From Alkalilimnicola ehrlichii MLHE-1 (GTDB lineage Bacteria; Pseudomonadota; Gammaproteobacteria; Nitrococcales; Halorhodospiraceae), in the NCBI RefSeq assembly GCF_000014785.1, contig NC_008340.1:120001-152000 (forward strand): a DNA stretch of 32,000 nt, read 5' to 3'. Under the pieces are notes generated by a model. It had not been told where the DNA came from, did no database searches, and saw only the letters and a list, made by a program, of their open reading frames with translations. Shown piece by piece: positions 26,194 to 32,000 of this stretch. The translations under genes were made by a program, and so were the position numbers. Position 1 is the first letter of the stretch. Every line of letters begins with the position of its first letter.

Positions 26194-28124
26194 GGTCACC
26201 CAAGTTCGACACTTCAAGCCCATTTTTCACCCCGGGGCGAGGCGTAACCTGCTGAATTTAGATGATTGAGCATGCTTTACACCGCTAGGCGTTGTTGTGT
26301 CACGTGATATTGCTTATCGGTATTGAGGGCGGGGCGTGCAGCGGCTATAGTCGTGATATGTACACGCGCATCACCAAGTCGGGTCCACGCCGCTACCTGC
26401 AGTTGGTGCAGGGGTACCGGGACGACAATGGCAAGGTAAAGCAGCGGGTCGTTGCTAATCTCGGCCGCCTTGATCAGTTGGAAGCGTCAGATCTCGACGC
26501 CCTCATCAAAGGGCTTCAGCGGGCGGTGGGGCGCCCCGAGTCACTGCCCGAGGCCCCGCGCTTCGACACGGCCAAGGCCTTTGGTGATGTCTGGGCACTG
26601 CACCAGCTCTGGCAGGAGTTGGGGCTGGGTGAGGCCCTGAAACGCGCGCTGCGCTCTTCGCGCCGCCAGTTCGATGCCGAGGCCCTTATCCGAGCGATGG
26701 TCTTCAATCGTCTAGCTGCCCCGTGCAGCAAACTCGGCGTACTGGAATGGCTCCGTGAGGAAGCCAGTGTCCCTGGGCTTGATAGCGAAGCCATCCATCA
26801 TAAACAGCTCCTGCGCGCCATGGATGCGTTGGAAGAGCACAAGGAAGCCGTCGAACGGTCGGTGGCGGCCCAGTTGCGCCCGCTTCTGGACCAAGAGCTC
26901 AGCGTCATTTTCTATGACCTAACCACGGTGCGCATTCACGGCACCACCAGGGTGGCCGATGACATCCGCGACTACGGCCTGAGCAAGGAGACCGGCGGTA
27001 TTGGCCGCCAATTCGCCCTCGGCGTTGTCCAGACCGCCGAGGGCCTGCCCATCGCCCATGAGGTCTTCGAGGGTAACGTCGCCGAGACGCGTACTTTGGC
27101 GCCAATGATTGAGCGCCTGCTGGAGCGCTTTGCCCTCACGCGGGTAGTGGTCGTCGCCGACCGGGGCCTGCTGTCGTTCGACAACATCGACACCCTGGAT
27201 GCCTTGGGCGCCGAGCAAGGGCTGGCGGTGGATTACATCCTGGCCGTCCCCGGTCGCCGCTACCGCGATTTCGCCAAGTTGATGAGCACGCTGCATCCAC
27301 AACTGGCGGCGGCGGTCACCGAGCCGAGTGCCGACGTGGTGACCGAGACCACGTGGGAGGGTCGACGGCTGGTGGTAGCACACAATGCCGAGCGGGCGGC
27401 AGAGCAGACCGTCCAGCGCCGCGAAACCATCGAGGAACTGGATGCACTGGGGGCACAACTCGCGGAACGCCTCGACAACCAGGATGCTGGCCAGCCGGGT
27501 CGGGGTAGACGTTCCACTGATCGCAGCGCCTACCAGCGCTTCCACAAGGCAGTACTGGACAAGCGCATGGGCGCCATTGTTAAAACGGACCTCGGGGCGC
27601 CCCGGTTCAGTTACAGCATCGACACCGAGGCGTGGGCTCGGGCCGAGCAGCTTGATGGCAAACTGCTGCTGGTCACCAGCCTCAGCGACATGGAGGCCGA
27701 GGCTGTGGTGGAGCGTTACCGCTCCCTGGCCGACATCGAACGCGGCTTCCGGGTGCTCAAAAGCGAGATTGAAATTGCCCCGGTTTACCACCGCCTGCCA
27801 GAACGTATCCGGGCACACGCGATGATTTGTTTCCTGGCCCTGGTGCTCTACCGCGTCCTGCGTGGGCGGCTGAAGGCTGCCGGAAGCCCCCACTCACCGG
27901 AGAGGCTGCTGCGCGGTCTGAGGCAGATCCAACGCCACACCGTCCATGTGGGCAGCCAATCCTACGAGGGCCTGACACGGCCCAGCCAGGAGCAACTGGA
28001 CCTATTCGAGGTCGCCGGCGTGGAGGTGCCGAAGGAGCCCTGCTGAGCCTGTTGTGGCATTTTTCGAAATCTCAGTGCCGAGGAATCAATCAGTTACGTC
28101 CCTAACTGTCCAACTTGGGTGGTC
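26194..28124 (+). mobile_element. IS1634-family (IS4-like) insertion sequence, apparently intact (~1.93 kb)
   Basis: Imperfect terminal IRs GGTCACCCAAGTTCGACACTTCAAG (26194-26218) versus the reverse complement of 28100-28124, GACCACCCAAGTTGGACAGTTAGGG (18/25; core 17/19). Single transposase ORF. No convincing target duplication seen. Confidence 0.8.
26358..28046 (+). CDS. IS1634-family transposase
   Basis: ATG 26358 within ORF 26292-28046. N-terminus MYTRITKSGPRRYLQLVQGYRDDNGKVKQRVVANLGRLDQL is characteristic. DDE region (VVVADRGL..., YRSLADIERGFRVLKSEI). Confidence 0.9.
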   Translation: MYTRITKSGPRRYLQLVQGYRDDNGKVKQRVVANLGRLDQLEASDLDALIKGLQRAVGRPESLPEAPRFDTAKAFGDVWALHQLWQELGLGEALKRALRSSRRQFDAEALIRAMVFNRLAAPCSKLGVLEWLREEASVPGLDSEAIHHKQLLRAMDALEEHKEAVERSVAAQLRPLLDQELSVIFYDLTTVRIHGTTRVADDIRDYGLSKETGGIGRQFALGVVQTAEGLPIAHEVFEGNVAETRTLAPMIERLLERFALTRVVVVADRGLLSFDNIDTLDALGAEQGLAVDYILAVPGRRYRDFAKLMSTLHPQLAAAVTEPSADVVTETTWEGRRLVVAHNAERAAEQTVQRRETIEELDALGAQLAERLDNQDAGQPGRGRRSTDRSAYQRFHKAVLDKRMGAIVKTDLGAPRFSYSIDTEAWARAEQLDGKLLLVTSLSDMEAEAVVERYRSLADIERGFRVLKSEIEIAPVYHRLPERIRAHAMICFLALVLYRVLRGRLKAAGSPHSPERLLRGLRQIQRHTVHVGSQSYEGLTRPSQEQLDLFEVAGVEVPKEPC

Positions 28125-28929
28125 AGGCACCGTTATCGCGGAGTTCCAATGTCAGGCACTTCATGCCGCCCCCTGACTTCTGGAACTCGGAGATGGGCAT
28201 GGGATGCACTTGCAGCCCCATTTCCCGGTAGGTGGCGGCCAGGCCCCGGGCCCGATCGCTCAGTACGATGTGTCGGCCATCGCTCACCGCGTTCAGGCCG
28301 TACCCAACGGCATCGGCCTCCGCCGCCTCGATGACGCGCGGCACCCGGCGGTGGACGGCCTCCAGGCCTTCAGCCGTGAAGGCATCTGGATACAGGGCCA
28401 CGGTCTGTTCATCCACGATGGTCAGGGCCGTGTCCAGGTGGTAGAAGCGGGCGTCGGTCAGTTGCAGGCTGACCACCTCCAGGCCGAAGAACTCGGCCAG
28501 CTCCCGGTGGGCGGGCTTGTCGCTGCGCCACGGGTACCCGGCGAACAGGGTGTCGTTCCACAGCAGGGCATCCCCCTCGCCCTCGAAATCGTGGCGGGGC
28601 AGGCACAGCGTGCGATAGCCGCGGCGGCGGAACCATTGCTCGAAGAACTCTGTCTCGCCCTGCCTCTCCGGTTGCCGGAAGCGGGGCAGGGCCACCCGGT
28701 CGCGAATCACCAGGCCGCCGTTGGCCGTGAAGACCATGTCCGGCAGGTGCTCGATGGGGTCGATCAGGTGGACATCCCAGCCCAGCGTCTGGGTGTAAAG
28801 CTGGTACAGGCCCTGCCACTGGGAACGGGCCAGCTCTCTGCAGACCGGGTCATCCACGTGCATCCACGGATTGATCTCGTACTCGATATCGAAGTGCTCC
28901 GGCGGACACATGAGGACGGCTTTGCTCAT
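28123..28929 (-). CDS. amidinotransferase / DDAH-fold guanidino-group-modifying enzyme
   Basis: 268 aa. MCPPEHFDIEYEINPWM N-terminus, FYHLDTAL, and the C-terminal catalytic-Cys block SGGGMKCLTLEL. The stop codon lies within 1-2 nt of the IS1634 right end. Confidence 0.8.
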   Translation of the reverse strand: MSKAVLMCPPEHFDIEYEINPWMHVDDPVCRELARSQWQGLYQLYTQTLGWDVHLIDPIEHLPDMVFTANGGLVIRDRVALPRFRQPERQGETEFFEQWFRRRGYRTLCLPRHDFEGEGDALLWNDTLFAGYPWRSDKPAHRELAEFFGLEVVSLQLTDARFYHLDTALTIVDEQTVALYPDAFTAEGLEAVHRRVPRVIEAAEADAVGYGLNAVSDGRHIVLSDRARGLAATYREMGLQVHPMPISEFQKSGGGMKCLTLELRDNGA

Positions 28930-30548
28930 CGACCCCCGGCCTCCGCTTCCAGCCGGGCCATCAAGGCCTTGCGGTCCACCTTGCCGTTGGGGTTGAGCGG
29001 CAGCGCCTCCAGGGCGTGGATGACCCGGGGCACCATCACGCTGGGCAGCCGGCTGCGCAGCTGATCGCGTATCGCGGCCTCGTCGGCCGTCCCGGCCACC
29101 ACGAAGCCCACAATCCCGGCCGCACCGCTGGAGGTACGTGGCCAGCCCAGGGCCACGGCCTCGTCGGTGGCGGCCGCCTCGCGCAGGGCCTGCTCCACTT
29201 CGCCCAGTTCGATGCGTACCCCGCCCACCTTGATCTGATGGTCCATGCGGCCCAGGAACATGATGGGCTTGCCGGCCGGTGGGCGGCGCACCAGGTCGCC
29301 GGTCCGGTAGTGAACCGCGCCGTCCGAGGGCAGCCGGATAAAGGCCTGTTCCGTGCGCTCCGGATCGTTCCAGTAGCCCGGGGTGACTTGTGGCCCGCCA
29401 ATTAGCAACTCGCCCTCGGCCCCCTCGGGAACCGGTTGCAGGTCGTCATCCACCACGGTCAGCTGGACCTGGTTGCCCGGGTAACCGATGGGGACCATGC
29501 CGTGTTCACACTCGCCCGGCGAGCGTTCCGGGTCCCACAGGTAATAGGCGGAATCCACGGTGCATTCCGTGGGGCCGTAGGCATTGTCCACCCGCGCATG
29601 GGGGGCTGCTGCGGCCATCGCGGTGGCCAGCTCCGCGGACAGGGCCTCACCACCGAACCGGCACAGCCTCAGGGCCTGGAAGCGGCCCGGGCGCCAGCCG
29701 TCCCGCCGGTTCATGCCGTGACCGGCGGAGGGCGTGATATCGATGACGCTCAGCCTGCCCTCCTCGATGTACTTGTTGGGGTTGAACCACTCCTTCGCCG
29801 TGGGGCAGCAAAGGCAGGCGCCGAAGGCCCAGGAGACGTACAGGTCGAACATCGAGGAGTCGAAGGTGATGTCGTAAAACTGCGAGAAGCGGTCTGCCTC
29901 GCTGATCCCGAACGGCCGGTAGCGCTCCAGGGACATGGCGACGAAGCGCAGAGCGTTGCGGTGAAGCACTCCCACGCCTTTGGGCGTTCCCGTGCTGCCG
30001 GAGGTGAAGAACAGATAGGCCAGGTCGTCGGGTTGCACCGATGCCGGGCGCCAGTCAGACGGCGCACCCAACTCCGCGCGCGTCAGGAAACGGTGCTGCG
30101 GGAAGCGCGCCTGCAGTGCCTGGGCCGATTCGGCAAGGGGCAGCACCACGACCATGGGGACATCCATTCCAGGTAGCAAGTCGCTGAGCAGGGCCTCACC
30201 CTGCCCATCCGCCACCAGGGCCTGCAGGCCGGCCTGTTCAACCATCTGTTGGGTGCGTTCCTGCGGGAAGCCAGGGTTCAGCGGCACCACCGCCTTCCCC
30301 GCCATGAGCGTGCCGAGCAGGCCGCTGTAGACGGGCAGAGAGCGATTGGCCAGTACCCCGACCAACGGCGCCGTGGTCTCCGGCATGGCGCTTTGCAGGG
30401 CAGCACCGACCGCTGCGGCTTGGTGGTAGAGGTCGCTGTAGCTGTACTGCGCCCCTTGTACCTCTAGCGCGGGGCGACCGGAGTGGCGGTCGACGGATTG
30501 CAAGAAACCCTGGTGGAGACCGTAGATGCCGTCGAACCCTGTTGCCAT
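28926..30548 (-). CDS. stand-alone NRPS-type adenylation enzyme (DltA-like), no carrier domain
   Basis: ORF 28926-30617. ATG 30548 follows AAAGGAG. A-domain cores LAYLFFTSGSTGTPKGV, NAYGPTE, YRTGDLV, GRMDHQIKVGGVRIELGEVE, NPNGKVDRKAL. The stop overlaps the downstream start (ATGA). Confidence 0.85.
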   Translation of the reverse strand: MATGFDGIYGLHQGFLQSVDRHSGRPALEVQGAQYSYSDLYHQAAAVGAALQSAMPETTAPLVGVLANRSLPVYSGLLGTLMAGKAVVPLNPGFPQERTQQMVEQAGLQALVADGQGEALLSDLLPGMDVPMVVVLPLAESAQALQARFPQHRFLTRAELGAPSDWRPASVQPDDLAYLFFTSGSTGTPKGVGVLHRNALRFVAMSLERYRPFGISEADRFSQFYDITFDSSMFDLYVSWAFGACLCCPTAKEWFNPNKYIEEGRLSVIDITPSAGHGMNRRDGWRPGRFQALRLCRFGGEALSAELATAMAAAAPHARVDNAYGPTECTVDSAYYLWDPERSPGECEHGMVPIGYPGNQVQLTVVDDDLQPVPEGAEGELLIGGPQVTPGYWNDPERTEQAFIRLPSDGAVHYRTGDLVRRPPAGKPIMFLGRMDHQIKVGGVRIELGEVEQALREAAATDEAVALGWPRTSSGAAGIVGFVVAGTADEAAIRDQLRSRLPSVMVPRVIHALEALPLNPNGKVDRKALMARLEAEAGGR

Positions 30549-30705
30549 CTTCTGTCGCGCTCCTTTGTCGGTGACACGGGCACTGTTGTCACTGTGTTGC
30601 CTGCCGCTAACGGCCAATATGGTTTGCAGGCGGATCTACTGCTCAGATTAGCAGTCAGGGGTGAGACTTCAGGGGTGGCGGCGCTCCGCCGGGCGGGCCT
30701 GGCGC

Positions 30706-31920
30706 TTAACGCCCCTTGAAGAGACCCATGGCCAGGCTCATCCCGGCGTAGCGCCAACTGCCCAGGTGGCGGGGGTGGTGGCGCAGCGCCTCCAGGAAGG
30801 ACCGGCTGGCCCTGCGGGGGTTACCGCTCCAGTAGTGGTGATAGCCAAAGTCAAAGCAGGTGCCGGCCAGGCGTCGCTCGACGGCCTTGCGGTCGGAGCG
30901 TTCACCGGTGGGTCCCTCCAGCCCCCAGCGGGCCAACGCCTTTTCCACCACCAGCTTTTCGTAGTTGATGTCCGGCCATTGGGTGATGCAGCCGCTGCCG
31001 TGCAATCGGTACAGCGCGAACACCCGGTCCAGCTGGTGGATCTCGGTGTGGCGGGAGGCCCGCAGCCAGTAGTCGTAATCCTGACCCCGTTTCAGTTCGG
31101 GATCGAACCGGCCGACCTGCTCGATCAGCTCACGGCGGGCCATGACCGTGATGGTGTGCAGTAGCGAGCCAAAGAGCAGCCGGTTGTAGAGCCAGCCGGA
31201 GCCTTCGGTCAGCAGCGGGATCTCTTCCGGAGGTACCCCGGTATCAGGTGTTGCCGGTGCCAGGGCTTCGGGTGGGGGGAAGGCCTTGGACTGCTTGTCC
31301 CGTTTCCAGGGCAGCCAGTCCGAGTAGATCATGCCCACATCCGGGTGCGCCTCCAGGTACCCCACCTGCGCCGTCAGCTTGCCCGGCAGCCACACGTCGT
31401 CGGAATCCAGAAAGGCGATGTACTCCCCCTGGGCGGCATCCAGGCCCTGGTTCCGGGCCACCGCCGAGCCCTGGTTGGCCTGGGTCAACAGCCGTACCCG
31501 GTCACCGTAGGCTTGCACCCGGGCCACCGTGTCGTCACTGGAGCCATCGTCGATGACAATTAGCTCCTTGTGCGGGTAGTCCTGGGCCAGGACGCTGTCG
31601 ATGGCCTCCTCGATGTAACTGGCGGCGTTGAACGCCGGCATGATCACCGAAACCAGGGGCTGGGCGCTTGCATCGGCCGCTTGCGCTGCTGCCGCCGGGC
31701 CGCGCTGGAGGCAACCCAGCGTCCGTTGCCACAGCGCAGGTACCGTGCGGATCTCCTGGGTGGACCAGAAGGGTTCGCCGGGCACCACTGCGGCCTGCAC
31801 CGCGATACCGGCCTCCTGCCAGTCGTCCACCAGCCGCTGACTGGCAGGAGGCAGCTGCGGGGCATCCCCCTGCATCACTTCCACCCAGTGCACCTCGACG
31901 CCATCGGGCGGTTGCTGCAA
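30706..31920 (-). CDS. family-2 glycosyltransferase with an N-terminal extension (5' end may lie beyond the window)
   Basis: VSVIMPAFNAASYIEEAIDSV, LIVIDDGSSDDT, ARNQGL, FLDSDDVW. The ORF-track start at 31920 is a TTG and the frame stays open to nt 32000. Internal ATG at 31875. Confidence 0.8.
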   Translation of the reverse strand: MQQPPDGVEVHWVEVMQGDAPQLPPASQRLVDDWQEAGIAVQAAVVPGEPFWSTQEIRTVPALWQRTLGCLQRGPAAAAQAADASAQPLVSVIMPAFNAASYIEEAIDSVLAQDYPHKELIVIDDGSSDDTVARVQAYGDRVRLLTQANQGSAVARNQGLDAAQGEYIAFLDSDDVWLPGKLTAQVGYLEAHPDVGMIYSDWLPWKRDKQSKAFPPPEALAPATPDTGVPPEEIPLLTEGSGWLYNRLLFGSLLHTITVMARRELIEQVGRFDPELKRGQDYDYWLRASRHTEIHQLDRVFALYRLHGSGCITQWPDINYEKLVVEKALARWGLEGPTGERSDRKAVERRLAGTCFDFGYHHYWSGNPRRASRSFLEALRHHPRHLGSWRYAGMSLAMGLFKGR

Positions 31921-32000
31921 ACGGGCCTGCTCCAGCGCCTGGGCCAGGGCCGGTGCCAGTGGGTAGCCGGCGATCTCCAGGGTCTCGCCGCCGGCCAGGC

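Noticed and set aside
1-32000. Search for CRISPR arrays, tRNA/rRNA genes, an acyl carrier protein ORF, an exosortase (xrtA/epsH) gene, and toxin-antitoxin or defence-system signatures
   Set aside because: I saw no regularly spaced repeats, no tRNA-like T-arm/acceptor patterns in the spacers, no ~80-aa ORF with a DSL-type phosphopantetheine motif, no polytopic exosortase-like ORF, and no nuclease/ATPase pairs typical of defence islands.

Overview
GC-rich (about 65-70 % by eye) proteobacterial-type segment carrying an exopolysaccharide locus of the PEP-CTERM / exosortase-A (XrtA/EpsH) type. No exosortase gene lies in the window. It holds a PEP-CTERM substrate gene with a possible sigma-54 promoter, wecB, two deacetylase-like genes, a divergent pyrophosphatase-like gene and three GNAT/FemAB-like acyltransferases. 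It also holds several glycosyltransferases, a Wzy/O-antigen-ligase-like gene, a fused ABC exporter and a sulfotransferase. The signature exosortase-A-associated genes are present: acyl-CoA ligase, PLP decarboxylase and hydrolase 1. A stand-alone NRPS-type adenylation enzyme is overlap-coupled to an amidinotransferase/DDAH-fold enzyme. The locus is a mosaic: three low-GC blocks (about 6.1-8.8 kb, 18.3-20.8 kb, 23.7-25.3 kb; 30-50 % GC in the 60-nt stretches I counted) sit in the high-GC backbone, and some junctions fall inside genes. Three IS elements are present. An ISL3 element with 24-bp IRs and an 8-bp target duplication is nested inside an IS481-family element, whose transposase also carries an in-frame amber codon. 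An intact IS1634-family element sits between two convergent operons. The best candidates for undescribed biology are three. First, the translationally coupled ligase-like / 638-aa orphan / 315-aa orphan / ABC-exporter module (11.6-17.8 kb). Second, the ligase-decarboxylase-hydrolase cassette interrupted by a foreign ATP-grasp gene. Third, the adenylation + guanidino-modifying enzyme pair. No rRNA, tRNA or CRISPR array was seen. All family assignments come from motif recognition by eye, not from searches.
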